From an uncultured Gemmatimonadales bacterium (lineage in GTDB: Bacteria; Gemmatimonadota; Gemmatimonadetes; Gemmatimonadales; GWC2-71-9), in NCBI GenBank assembly GCA_963798915.1, contig CAWCVB010000005.1, positions 453,158-517,157 of the forward strand: a DNA stretch of 64,000 bases. The letters run 5' to 3'. Positions 9,894 to 19,295 of the stretch are shown here, piece after piece (positions within the stretch are counted from its first letter, which is position 1; each line of letters starts with the position of its first letter). A model generated the notes under the pieces. That model saw only the letters and a list, made by a program, of their open reading frames with translations. It did no database searches and was not told the origin of the DNA. The translations under genes and the position numbers were made by a program.

Positions 9894-11224
9894 TGCGGGA
9901 GTCTCTCGAGGGAAGCCAGCAGGCCGCGGTACTGGATGGGACCGCCGCCACTCCTGGCGCGAACGATGTGAAGCGTCGAATCCGCCTGGACCCGCCCCGT
10001 GTTGAGGTCGGCCGCCAGCCAGTGCTCCAGGAAGACCTGCGGCAGCAGCACCGGTGACCATCCGGACGAGTCCCGCCGCGCGCCAAGGGTCAGGCGAGCC
10101 GGGATGTGGTGGTGACGGAGCGTCGCGATGAAGAGCCGAGCCCGGCCCAGCTCCGACCCGCGGCGGGACGCCAGTGTCGCGATGGCATCGTCATCCTGCC
10201 CATCGCCACCGATCCGGCGGGAAACCCAGCGGGCCAGGCCGCTGACGGAATCGGCCCGGCTGGTGGCGCCACGGAAGGCCCCCGCCGTCCTGGCGCTGAT
10301 CGCCGGATCCTCGGCGGGAAAGTCCAGCGTCTCAGCCGTATCCTCGGCCATCAGCAGATCGGGAAGGGCAGGCGGAAAGCGATGAAGTTCCTCGGTGATG
10401 GTCGGCCGCGCGCCGTTCCGGAAATTGAGATGCGCGATCTCGAAGGCGGTCCGTTCGAGCAGTAGCCCGTTGGGCAGTTGAGCGCGGAGCGGGAATCCGG
10501 CCGGGTCGAGCCACAGCATGATCGGCGCGCTGCTGCCAAGTTCGACGAGCAGTCGGGCCTGAATGGTGTCAGTGAGGGCAGGAACCCACTGGCCGCTGGC
10601 CCGGTCAAGCCTGGCGCTGTCGACCACGATGAGCGGGCCCGTGGGCGGCACGGAGACGAACCTGGCACGATGGACCGCCCCGCTCAGCGGGTCCAGGAGG
10701 TCCAATGAAATCGTGTCGCGCGGCACCAGCAGCCCATACACCGAAATCCGGAGAGCTGCCGCAAGCACAGGCAGTGCCCGCGCATCAGCTATTCGTATGG
10801 AGCGCACCGTTCGGGTTCCAGTCCGAAGCTGAGCGCGAAAGACACCGTTGCTGTCCCGGCTTCCCTCCACGACGATGGATGGTGCAAGCCCGGTCGCACG
10901 GGCGGTCCAACCGCGCAGTGTCAGCGTCGGAGTCAGCGTCACCGTCTCGAGATAGCTCTCGATGCTGTCGCGGGTCCCGATGTCGAGCCGCTGTTCCACG
11001 CGTGCGCCATCCGCCAGCGTGTCGGCAGTGAATGACGCAGTGCCCACCTGGATGCCACCGGCGTACACCGCGTAGAACCTGCTGCCTGGGGCAAGTCGGT
11101 TGGATGCTGTTATTCCGGGCTCGAATCCGCGGCCCGACTGCTGGCGCTTGATCAGCCAGCCGAGGCAGGCAAACCACGATGCCATGACCAGCACTCCGGC
11201 GACATGAAGCCGGCGCGGTCTCAT
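9890..11224 (-). CDS. Membrane-anchored protein with degenerate transglutaminase-like domain
   Basis: N-terminal TM. C-terminal DAIATLASRRGSELGRARLFIATLRHHHIPARLTLG resembles the TGc core. 4-nt overlaps with both neighbours. Confidence 0.65.
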   Translation of the reverse strand: MRPRRLHVAGVLVMASWFACLGWLIKRQQSGRGFEPGITASNRLAPGSRFYAVYAGGIQVGTASFTADTLADGARVEQRLDIGTRDSIESYLETVTLTPTLTLRGWTARATGLAPSIVVEGSRDSNGVFRAQLRTGTRTVRSIRIADARALPVLAAALRISVYGLLVPRDTISLDLLDPLSGAVHRARFVSVPPTGPLIVVDSARLDRASGQWVPALTDTIQARLLVELGSSAPIMLWLDPAGFPLRAQLPNGLLLERTAFEIAHLNFRNGARPTITEELHRFPPALPDLLMAEDTAETLDFPAEDPAISARTAGAFRGATSRADSVSGLARWVSRRIGGDGQDDDAIATLASRRGSELGRARLFIATLRHHHIPARLTLGARRDSSGWSPVLLPQVFLEHWLAADLNTGRVQADSTLHIVRARSGGGPIQYRGLLASLERLPQ

Positions 11225-11715
11225 GGCCCGCCGCGGCCGATCGCCGCTTCGACGAGTTCCCGCTCGGCTTCCCGTTCCACGACAATCGTCAGCTCCGGCA
11301 TCGGTCGTGGCCCTGCGCCGAGTGTCTCGACCATGAGCGCCGCGGCCTCCTCGATGTCGAGCAGCCCGGGTCCGGTGCCGAGCGGCGCGCTGGCCAGCCG
11401 CTTCAGTCCCCACTCGCTGGCGCGTCGCCACGCCGAGGCAAGCGCACGGCGCAGGACCTCGGGCGTGATCGCCGAGTCCCGATCCTGGAGAATGACGTGC
11501 AACATGAATGGCGCTGACAGTTCGCCAGCCCTCGTAATGACAGCCGAGCCGGCATCCAGCGGCATCGCGGTGCGGCAGTCGGCGGCAAATGCGGGACCCG
11601 CCTGGCGGTCGAGTCGGACTCCGGCCGCCGTCACCGGTTCCAGCCGATCGTTGGCAGCCCGGAGTATCGCGTCCGCTTCAATAAACGCGAGATCATCGAC
11701 GACGCATCGAATCAC
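11221..11715 (-). CDS. Macro domain protein
   Basis: DDLAFIEADAILRAANDRL, GSAVITRAGELSAPFMLHVI, LASAPLGTGPG. GTG start overlaps the TPR gene stop. Confidence 0.8.
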   Translation of the reverse strand: MIRCVVDDLAFIEADAILRAANDRLEPVTAAGVRLDRQAGPAFAADCRTAMPLDAGSAVITRAGELSAPFMLHVILQDRDSAITPEVLRRALASAWRRASEWGLKRLASAPLGTGPGLLDIEEAAALMVETLGAGPRPMPELTIVVEREAERELVEAAIGRGGP

Positions 11716-12389
11716 AGATCGAATCCCTGGGCTCGGCGATAGGCCTGGGCCGCTTCCTCGGGCCGGTTCAGCCGGTCCAGGACGCGGCCGTAAATGTGCC
11801 ACGCACGGCGGTCGGCCGGATTGCGCTCTGTCGCCTTGGCCAATGCTTCGGCGGCGGCCGGCAGTTGGCTGGCGCGGTTCAGCGCATCACCCAGCGACAC
11901 GTGAATGCCGGGACGGTCGGGCTGCAGCGCGAGGGCGCGCTGAAGCAGCTCGGCGGCCTCTTGCACCAGGCCGCGGTTCATGAGCACCACTCCCAGCTCA
12001 TGCAATGCCGGCGCGTGTGCCGGATGCAGCCGCAGCACTCGGCGAAGGTCGGCCTCGGCCTCGGGATATTGTCGCAGGCGCCCTCGCAGCGCGCCCCGAA
12101 CCACGAGGTACTCGGTCTGGTCAGGCGCCGCCTGGATCGCCTCATCCAGCGATCGAAGTGCCGCCTCGGGTTCTTCGGCCAGTTCCAGTGCCCGGGCATG
12201 GCCAATCCTGGCCTCCACGAACGTGGGCATCGCCGCAAGTGCCGCCGCGTAACGTGCGGAGGCATCGGCATAGCGGCCTTCACGCCACGCAGCTTCCGCC
12301 GCCTGGAAGGCGGCATCGGCGGCCCGCCGGACTTCGGCCTTCTGCTTGTCCGGCTCCTCAGGGGTGGCGGAGGGGCTGGGTTTGTCCAT
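11712..12389 (-). CDS. Tetratricopeptide repeat protein
   Basis: Repeated TPR patterns, e.g. ALHELGVVLMNRGLVQEAAELLQRALALQPD. Confidence 0.85.
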   Translation of the reverse strand: MDKPSPSATPEEPDKQKAEVRRAADAAFQAAEAAWREGRYADASARYAAALAAMPTFVEARIGHARALELAEEPEAALRSLDEAIQAAPDQTEYLVVRGALRGRLRQYPEAEADLRRVLRLHPAHAPALHELGVVLMNRGLVQEAAELLQRALALQPDRPGIHVSLGDALNRASQLPAAAEALAKATERNPADRRAWHIYGRVLDRLNRPEEAAQAYRRAQGFDL

Positions 12390-12536
12390 GAAAAACTCCG
12401 GATGCCGGCAGCGCCGGCTGCTCAGGAATGTGCGGAACAGTAGAAAAAGCCGTGCCGCTGCGGAAGTTGGCCTCACGGCCGCCGGTCGCAAACCTCTCAT
12501 TGAAGCAGGTCCGGCTTTCGGGTATCTTTCGGGGCT

Positions 12537-15413
12537 ATGGCTCAGGAATACCTTGTCGTCCGGGGAGCGCGCGAGCACAACCTCAAGGACATCTCGGTGT
12601 CCATCCCGAGGAATCGCCTCACCGTCATTACCGGCCTCTCCGGCTCAGGCAAGTCTTCGCTTGCCTTCGACACCATCTACGCCGAGGGGCAGCGACGCTA
12701 CGTCGAGTCGCTGTCCGCGTACGCCCGGCAGTTTCTCGGGCTCATGGAAAAGCCTGACGTCGATGCCATCGAGGGGCTTTCGCCCGCCATCTCCATCGAG
12801 CAGAAGAGCACGGGCCAGAATCCGCGGTCCACCGTTGGCACCGTCACGGAGATCTACGACTACCTGCGGTTGCTCTGGGCTCGGACCGGCGTGCCTCACT
12901 GTCCCAATGACGGCAGCCCAGTGGCACGGCAGAGCGCGGCGCAGATTGTGGACGCCGTGTTGCAGCTGCCCGAAGGTACCCGTATTGAGGTTCTCGCACC
13001 GCTGGTGCGAGGAAGAAAAGGCGAGTTCCGGGAAATGCTCGAGGACGCGCGCCGGCGCGGCTTCGTCCGGGTGCGGGTAGACGGCGAGACCTACGACCTG
13101 GCCGACGTGCCCAAGCTGAATCGTCGCAAGAACCACGAGATCGCGCTGGTCGTTGATCGGCTGGTGGCGCGGGCTGCCGACCGCTCGCGGCTGCATGACT
13201 CGATCGAGACGGCGCTGAAGGAGGCCGACGGCATCGTCGAGGTGATTCGCCACGACGGGCAGGGCGGGCGTGGCGGGAAGGTGTCGTCGGTGTTGTACTC
13301 CGAGCGCCTGGCGTGTCCCGTGTGCGGGCTGTCCCTTCCCGAGCTCGAGCCGCGCCAGTTCTCGTTCAATTCCCCGTATGGCGTCTGCCCCGATTGCAAC
13401 GGCCTCGGTACCCGCAAGGAAGTGACGCCGGGGCTCATCCTTGGCGATCCGAGCATTTCCATTCTCGAAGGAGTCGTACTGCCCTGGGGCGAGCCCGGGG
13501 GGTATCTCCGCAAGGTCGTGATTCCCACTCTTGCCCGCACCATCGGGTTCGACCCGGCTGCTCCCTGGGGCGATTTGCCACCGGCCGCGCAGGACGCCCT
13601 GCTGCACGGAACCGAAGGCAAGATCCGGTTTGCTGCCGACGGCGCCAAGGGAAAGACTGCCTACGAGGCAGAATGGGAGGGCATCCTCCGGAACGTCGAG
13701 CGGCGCTACCGCGAGTCGACCAGCGACGCGGTGCGCACCTCGCTCGACCAGTACATGGTCGAGATGCCGTGCAGCACCTGCGGCGGCCACCGGCTCAAGC
13801 CCGAGTCGCTCTCGGTGCTGGTGCAGGGCCGCAGCATCGGCGAAGTCATTGATCTTCCGGTGGACCGCGCGCTCGAATTCGTCTCATCGTTGCCGCTGCG
13901 CAGTGGCGAGAACGTGATCGGGCTGGATGCCGACGTGGCCGGCCCCATCCTCAAGGAGGTCGCCGACCGTCTGCGCTTCCTGGCCGACGTCGGTCTCGGC
14001 TACCTCACCTTGGGGCGTGGCGCCGGCTCGCTCTCCGGTGGCGAGATGCAGCGCATCCGCCTCGCCACCCAGATTGGGTCGCGACTGGTCGGGGTGCTCT
14101 ACATCCTGGACGAGCCGAGCATCGGGCTTCACCAACGAGACAACGAGCGTCTGCTGGATACCCTGCGCGGCCTGCGCGACCTGGGCAACACCGTCATCGT
14201 CGTGGAGCACGACGAAGACACCATTCGTGCGGCCGACCATGTGCTGGATCTCGGCCCCCGTGCGGGGCGGCTGGGTGGCGAAGTCGTGGCTGAGGGCACG
14301 CCGGACGAAGTGACAGCGGCACCGGATTCGCTCACCGGCCGCTACCTGCGCGGCGAGCTCAGGGTCAACGTGCCGGAGCGGCGCCGGTCCGCCAACGGGC
14401 GGGCCATCACCGTCGTCGGCGCGTCTGCCAACAATCTCAAAGATCTGGACGTGCGCTTCCCGCTCGGCGTATTCACCGCCGTCACCGGAGTTTCCGGTTC
14501 AGGCAAGTCCACGCTCGTCACTGACATTCTCTACCAGTCACTGGCACGGCATTTCTATCGGGCGCGGGTTCTTCCGGGGGCGCACCAGCGGATCGATGGA
14601 TTGGAGCAACTGGACAAGGTCATTGATATTGACCAAAGCCCCATCGGTCGGACGCCACGCTCAAACCCGGCAACGTACACCGGGCTGTTCACCCCGATTC
14701 GCGAGCTGTTCACCCAGTTGCCCGAGGCCAAGCTGCGCGGTTATGGCCCGGGTCGGTTCTCATTCAATGTGAAGGGCGGGCGCTGCGAGGCCTGTCAGGG
14801 TGACGGGCTGGTCAAGATCGAGATGCATTTCCTGCCTGACGTTTACGTTCCCTGCGAAGTCTGCAAGGGTCGGCGGTATAACCGCGAGACGCTCGAGGTG
14901 CGCTACAAGGGGCGCAGCATCGCTGATGTGCTCGACCTCACGGTGGCAGACGCGCTGGACTTCTTCGCGAACCAGCGGCGGATCGCCGACCGGCTGGAGC
15001 TTCTCAATGACGTCGGCCTGGGGTACATCCATCTCGGTCAGCCGGCCACGACACTCTCCGGCGGCGAGGCGCAGCGGGTCAAGCTGGCGGCGGAACTCGC
15101 CAAGCGCGACACCGGGCGCACGCTCTACATCCTCGACGAGCCGACCACCGGTCTCCACTTCGAGGACGTGCGGCTTCTGCTCGAGGTCCTGCATCGTCTG
15201 GTCGACAAGGGAAACTCGGTCGTTGTCATCGAACACAACCTGGACGTAATCAAGACGGCCGACTGGATCATCGACCTTGGGCCGGAGGGCGGTGAGCACG
15301 GGGGACGCGTCCTGGCGGAGGGTACGCCGGAGCAGGTGGCGCAGACCACCGGAAGCTTTACGGGGCAATACCTCCGGAGAGCGCTGCAGGGACGACCCGC
15401 CGCCTCGCGCTAG
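12537..15413 (+). CDS. uvrA: Excinuclease ABC subunit A
   Basis: Two ABC ATPase domains ([18 protein letters not shown]), zinc fingers, [18 protein letters not shown]. Confidence 0.98.
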   Translation: MAQEYLVVRGAREHNLKDISVSIPRNRLTVITGLSGSGKSSLAFDTIYAEGQRRYVESLSAYARQFLGLMEKPDVDAIEGLSPAISIEQKSTGQNPRSTVGTVTEIYDYLRLLWARTGVPHCPNDGSPVARQSAAQIVDAVLQLPEGTRIEVLAPLVRGRKGEFREMLEDARRRGFVRVRVDGETYDLADVPKLNRRKNHEIALVVDRLVARAADRSRLHDSIETALKEADGIVEVIRHDGQGGRGGKVSSVLYSERLACPVCGLSLPELEPRQFSFNSPYGVCPDCNGLGTRKEVTPGLILGDPSISILEGVVLPWGEPGGYLRKVVIPTLARTIGFDPAAPWGDLPPAAQDALLHGTEGKIRFAADGAKGKTAYEAEWEGILRNVERRYRESTSDAVRTSLDQYMVEMPCSTCGGHRLKPESLSVLVQGRSIGEVIDLPVDRALEFVSSLPLRSGENVIGLDADVAGPILKEVADRLRFLADVGLGYLTLGRGAGSLSGGEMQRIRLATQIGSRLVGVLYILDEPSIGLHQRDNERLLDTLRGLRDLGNTVIVVEHDEDTIRAADHVLDLGPRAGRLGGEVVAEGTPDEVTAAPDSLTGRYLRGELRVNVPERRRSANGRAITVVGASANNLKDLDVRFPLGVFTAVTGVSGSGKSTLVTDILYQSLARHFYRARVLPGAHQRIDGLEQLDKVIDIDQSPIGRTPRSNPATYTGLFTPIRELFTQLPEAKLRGYGPGRFSFNVKGGRCEACQGDGLVKIEMHFLPDVYVPCEVCKGRRYNRETLEVRYKGRSIADVLDLTVADALDFFANQRRIADRLELLNDVGLGYIHLGQPATTLSGGEAQRVKLAAELAKRDTGRTLYILDEPTTGLHFEDVRLLLEVLHRLVDKGNSVVVIEHNLDVIKTADWIIDLGPEGGEHGGRVLAEGTPEQVAQTTGSFTGQYLRRALQGRPAASR

Positions 15414-15483
15414 GATCGGAGCACGTCCGTCGCCCCACTAGCCAGCTACTTGCCGCCGACTAGCTTCAGGCGGAGGAGGCTGC

Positions 15484-15717
15484 ATGCGCGAGGCCCATAC
15501 CCACAGATACACCAATGGAGACCTTACGGTCCTTTGGCAGCCTGCGCTCTGCCAGCACTCCGGCGCATGCGCTCGCGGCCTGTTGGCCGTCTTTGATCCC
15601 CGACGGCGGCCATGGATCGACATGACGGCTGCCCCAACCGACCAGATCGAGGCCCAGGTACGTCGCTGCCCGAGCGGAGCGCTGAGTTGCGCGCGAGTTG
15701 AGCGTCGGCCGTCGTAG
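15484..15717 (+). CDS. Small divergent 4Fe-4S-binding protein (YjdI/Fer4_19-like)
   Basis: CQHSGACARGLLAVFDPRRRPWI...CPSGAL and a strong GGAGG RBS. Confidence 0.85.
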   Translation: MREAHTHRYTNGDLTVLWQPALCQHSGACARGLLAVFDPRRRPWIDMTAAPTDQIEAQVRRCPSGALSCARVERRPS

Positions 15718-15780
15718 CGCTCAGCGCTCGGCCCGCACTTCCTGGCTCTGAATCTTCCATACCATCCGAGGAGACATCCC

Positions 15781-15996
15781 ATGCGCTACGATGATATTCT
15801 CTCCTTGCTCGGCTATGCTGGCGACCACGACCAGCGGGTCAGGATCGTGACCTCCGAACACACCGAAGTGGTCGGCATTCCCACCAGTCTGGATACGGAC
15901 GTTACGGCCCACGAGGTCTACCTGCGGCCCGAAGAGTCGGACGAGACGGAGATTGCGGTTTCGCTGGGCGCCATCGCCTCGGTTGAGCTGGTTTGA
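15781..15996 (+). CDS. Small hypothetical protein (71 aa)
   Basis: GAGGAG RBS, host-like codon usage, fills the gap between genes. Confidence 0.7.
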   Translation: MRYDDILSLLGYAGDHDQRVRIVTSEHTEVVGIPTSLDTDVTAHEVYLRPEESDETEIAVSLGAIASVELV

Positions 15997-16009
15997 CTCC
16001 TGGCCGTGA

Positions 16010-16036
16010 CGAAACAAACTGAAACATCAGGACGTA
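16010..16036 (+). promoter_or_regulatory. Candidate ECF sigma promoter (cGAAAC-N17-CGTA)
   Basis: GAAAC at 16011-16015, 17-nt spacer, CGTA at 16033-16036. Lies about 58 nt upstream of the first array gene. Confidence 0.5.
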
Positions 16037-16093
16037 GGGCTGCGCGTTGCCCGGTCTGACCGCCGGCGAAGGCCCGCTCGAGGAGGCGATGGA

Positions 16094-16351
16094 GTGGAAG
16101 GCATACTGGCTATCATCTTCATCTTCGGCGTGCCAGGAGTGATCGCGCTGTCCTTTACCCCCATCGGGAAGGCCCTGACGGAGCGGATCCGCCACGGCGT
16201 TCAGCCCCGGCTGGTCGAGTCAGAACCGGCGATGTATGACGAATTAGACGCCTTGCGCCGCGAGGTCGGGGAGCTGGCCGAACGAGTAGATTTTACGGAG
16301 CGATTGTTGGCCAAGCAGAATGAGCCCCGCCTGGTGGAGGGCGGCGAATGA
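16094..16351 (+). CDS. Small TM + coiled-coil protein, ERxDFxER array member 1
   Basis: AGGAGG RBS. N-terminal TM, C-terminal ELAERVDFTERLLAKQ. Confidence 0.85.
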   Translation: MEGILAIIFIFGVPGVIALSFTPIGKALTERIRHGVQPRLVESEPAMYDELDALRREVGELAERVDFTERLLAKQNEPRLVEGGE

Positions 16352-16668
16352 TGCAGACCGCACCCGTCCTGGCCGGAGATGGCATCCGTCTTGAGCCCTT
16401 CATCGTCGGCATCGTCATTGTGATCGCCATTATCGGTGGCGTCCAGCTGCTGCTGCCGTTGGTGCGGGCGCTTGCGCGCCGATTGGACGGGGGCGGCGAA
16501 TCGGCACAACTTCATGACGAACTCGAGATGTTGCGGGCCAGGGTCCTCGATTTCGAGCCGATGACTCAACGGGTGGCCGAGCTGGAAGAACGCCTTGACT
16601 TCACGGAACGCATGCTTGCTGCCAGCGCCCAGCCCGCCCCCCGGCCTGTCTCGCCGCAGGAGCCCTGA
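16348..16668 (+). CDS. ERxDFxER array member 2
   Basis: ATGA overlap. TM, then VAELEERLDFTERMLA. Confidence 0.85.
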   Translation: MMQTAPVLAGDGIRLEPFIVGIVIVIAIIGGVQLLLPLVRALARRLDGGGESAQLHDELEMLRARVLDFEPMTQRVAELEERLDFTERMLAASAQPAPRPVSPQEP

Positions 16669-16725
16669 CCGGTGGAAGACGTCATCAAGGTGTTGCTGCT
16701 CATCCTCGGTGGGAGGGGGTAACTC

Positions 16726-17082
16726 ATGAGGCGGGAAAAGCAGGAATGGATCGGTGCCGCCTTTGTCGGAATCGGGTTGGGGGCGATGGCACTGTTTGGC
16801 GCGCTCGCTGCGGCGTCCGCCGTGCTGGGTCCGATCTCCGTGCCGATCTGGGCCATCGCCGCATTCATGGTGATGGGTATTGTGAGGTCGCCTGTCGGGA
16901 AGGCATTTGCGGAGCGCCTCGCGGGCCGCACCACTGACTCCGACGACCCGGATCTGCCCGCGCTCTACGCCGAACTTGACGAGTTGCGGGCCCGCCTGAG
17001 CGAGATGGAAGAACGCCAGGATTTTGCCGAGCGGTTGCTGGCGCAGCCACCGCAGGCGGGAATTCACGGGGAAGCGAGCTGA
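16726..17082 (+). CDS. ERxDFxER array member 3
   Basis: Two TM segments, then LSEMEERQDFAERLLAQ. Confidence 0.85.
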   Translation: MRREKQEWIGAAFVGIGLGAMALFGALAAASAVLGPISVPIWAIAAFMVMGIVRSPVGKAFAERLAGRTTDSDDPDLPALYAELDELRARLSEMEERQDFAERLLAQPPQAGIHGEAS

Positions 17083-17085
17083 CTC

Positions 17086-17403
17086 ATGATGCTTCAGGGA
17101 ACTCAGTCGGGCGAGTTTGGCATGGCGCTGGCGCTTGGCGCCGTTGCGATCTGCCTGATCTTTGTGGTGCTGCGGCCGCTGATGGCGGCGCTGATGCATC
17201 GGATTGCCCGCCATGATGATGAGTCGTTGCTCGAGCTCGAGGCCCGGGTGGCGCGCTTGGAGGAGGGCGGGATGATGGGAGCGCTTCCCTCACAGACGGA
17301 GCAGAGGGTGGCTGAGCTGGAAGAACGCCTCGATTTTGCCGAGCGATTGCTGGCGCAGCCACGGACGCCCGGTTCGCATGGCGCCGAGGGAGTGATCCGA
17401 TGA
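17086..17403 (+). CDS. ERxDFxER array member 4
   Basis: TM, then VAELEERLDFAERLLAQ. Confidence 0.85.
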   Translation: MMLQGTQSGEFGMALALGAVAICLIFVVLRPLMAALMHRIARHDDESLLELEARVARLEEGGMMGALPSQTEQRVAELEERLDFAERLLAQPRTPGSHGAEGVIR

Positions 17404-17729
17404 TGATCCAGGTTCCGGCGCCACCGGCGCCTCCTGACATCCCCAGCTTTCTGGTCCAGACGGGCGGTCCTCCGGCCTGGGCGTTTGTCATCCCGATCGT
17501 TGCGATCCTGGTCGCGGGGATCGTGTTCTTCCCCTTGATGCGTGCGCTGGCACGACGGATAGAAGGGAAGATCAGCGGCGGTGTGCAGGATGAGCTGGAG
17601 GATCTCCGGTCACGGATCATGACCTTGGAGGAACAGGCGATGCGCGTGCCGGAGCTGGAAGAGCGGGTGGACTTCGCGGAGCGACTCCTGGCCAGCACCC
17701 GCACGGCCGACCGGTTAACGGAGGGATGA
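17400..17729 (+). CDS. ERxDFxER array member 5
   Basis: ATGA overlap. Pro-rich N-terminus, TM, VPELEERVDFAERLLAS. Confidence 0.85.
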   Translation: MMIQVPAPPAPPDIPSFLVQTGGPPAWAFVIPIVAILVAGIVFFPLMRALARRIEGKISGGVQDELEDLRSRIMTLEEQAMRVPELEERVDFAERLLASTRTADRLTEG

Positions 17730-17732
17730 GTC

Positions 17733-18107
17733 ATGGCGGATGACCAGGATCGCGGCGCTTTCACCATGCTCTGGATCGTCTCGGTACTGCTCTCCATCGG
17801 CATGGGGTTCATGTGCCTGGTCGCTCTGAGCGAAAATCAGGAAGTCGCGGCGCTGTTCGGGTTGGGCGGTTTTGGTGTTGGCGGCTTGCTCGCTACCACC
17901 TACCAGCTCACACGCAACCGGCGTCGTTCGCGGCCATCGGACGAGGCCCTCGAGCCACTGGTGGAGCGACTGCAGATGCTCGAGCAGGACCAGCTACGGA
18001 TGGCCGAACTTGAAGAGCGGGTAGATTTCGCCGAACGGATGCTGGCCAAAGCCGAGGAGCATCAGCCCGCGGTGCGCTCAGGCGAGCGGGAACCACCCCT
18101 CACATGA
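17733..18107 (+). CDS. ERxDFxER array member 6
   Basis: Two TM segments, then MAELEERVDFAERMLAK. Confidence 0.85.
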   Translation: MADDQDRGAFTMLWIVSVLLSIGMGFMCLVALSENQEVAALFGLGGFGVGGLLATTYQLTRNRRRSRPSDEALEPLVERLQMLEQDQLRMAELEERVDFAERMLAKAEEHQPAVRSGEREPPLT

Positions 18108-18469
18108 GCTGGCGCAGGACTTTCGGGCTTGACCCGATTGAGTTCATCATCTTCTGGCTGCTGGCCTTCGGGTTGGGCGTGGGCCTGGCCGACCTCAGCC
18201 ACGAGGACGGATTCATTCCTCTCGCGCTCTCGGTGGCGGCGGGGCTCTATGTGTTCGTCCGGCGCCGAGCACTCGGGCGGCTGGGGCGGGAAGGGCAGGC
18301 CGGTGATGACCTGGCGGAATTGCGCGACGACCAGCGCGCCGCCACCGACTACTTTGAGCGCCGGATCACGGAGATCGAGGAGCGCCTGGACTTCACGGAG
18401 CGGATGCTGGCGCGGGCTCAGGATGAGATGCCGCTGCTGGAGCCCCGGCGGGGCGGGCAGGGCTCGTGA
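18104..18469 (+). CDS. ERxDFxER array member 7
   Basis: ATGA overlap. Two TM segments, then ITEIEERLDFTERMLAR. Confidence 0.85.
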   Translation: MSWRRTFGLDPIEFIIFWLLAFGLGVGLADLSHEDGFIPLALSVAAGLYVFVRRRALGRLGREGQAGDDLAELRDDQRAATDYFERRITEIEERLDFTERMLARAQDEMPLLEPRRGGQGS

Positions 18470-18855
18470 GCTGGCGGGGTGTTTTCGGGCTCGACGGAGT
18501 CGAGTTCGTGCTCTTCTGGGCTGGCTCCATCGTTACGGCGATCCTCGTCGGGGTGGCCTCGGAGGAGCCGGCAGCAGCGATGTCAATGCTGGTACTGGCC
18601 GCGTTCGTGTACGCGGTGCTGCGACGGCGGGCGCTCCGCGGCCTGCCGGCGCAGGACGGGGGCAAGCTGGAGGAACTGGTGGCCCAGCTGCAGGACGAAC
18701 AGTCGGCCGCATCCGAGTTCTTCGAGCGACGCATTGCCGAGCTGGAGGAGCGGGTGGACTTTGCTGAGCGCATGCTGGCGCGAGGGCAGGAAGAACGGCT
18801 GGAAGCTGGCCGTCAGTCATCGGTCATCAGTCGACCGTTGACTGACGACCCTTGA
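18466..18855 (+). CDS. ERxDFxER array member 8
   Basis: GTGA overlap. Two TM segments, then IAELEERVDFAERMLAR. Close paralog of member 7. Confidence 0.85.
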   Translation: MSWRGVFGLDGVEFVLFWAGSIVTAILVGVASEEPAAAMSMLVLAAFVYAVLRRRALRGLPAQDGGKLEELVAQLQDEQSAASEFFERRIAELEERVDFAERMLARGQEERLEAGRQSSVISRPLTDDP

Positions 18856-18890
18856 CCGGCACGAGCGACGACTTACTCACGGAGCACCAC

Positions 18891-19286
18891 ATGGTCACAC
18901 GGGAAGATATTCAGTCCTGGCTGGACCGGCTGGATGGAGGCGGGCTCCAGATCGAAGAGCCGGAGTCCAATCTCTGGATTGCCACGACGCCGGACGGCGG
19001 CGAGATCGTATGTAACTATGCCCCTCCGGTCATGATTCTCCGGGTGCGGGTCATGGAAGCTCCGCGGGACGATACCCGCCGGGCCGAGCTCTTTCGGGAG
19101 CTCCTGACCTTGAACGCCCACGAGCTGGTCCATGGCTCGTACGGGCTGGAGGGTGACCATATCGTGCTGACGGACACCCTCGAGCTCGAGGACCTGGATT
19201 ATTCCGAATTCGAAGCCAGCTTCGATTCCATGACCCTTGCCCTGGCGTCGCACATGTCTGCGCTGGCGCCCTACCGAGACAGGTGA
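18891..19286 (+). CDS. CesT/YbjN-like (type III chaperone fold) protein
   Basis: GGAG RBS. ELFRELLTLNAHELVHGSYGLEGDHIVLTDTLELEDLDYSEFEAS matches the CesT-type pattern. Confidence 0.75.
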   Translation: MVTREDIQSWLDRLDGGGLQIEEPESNLWIATTPDGGEIVCNYAPPVMILRVRVMEAPRDDTRRAELFRELLTLNAHELVHGSYGLEGDHIVLTDTLELEDLDYSEFEASFDSMTLALASHMSALAPYRDR

Positions 19287-19295
19287 GAGACGACG

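Noticed and set aside
16270..18790. Regularly spaced ~35-nt DNA repeat as a CRISPR or attC-type array
   Set aside because: The repeats vary mostly at third codon positions, lie inside ORFs and are about 350 bp apart. They encode the conserved protein tail, and no cas or integron integrase gene is present.
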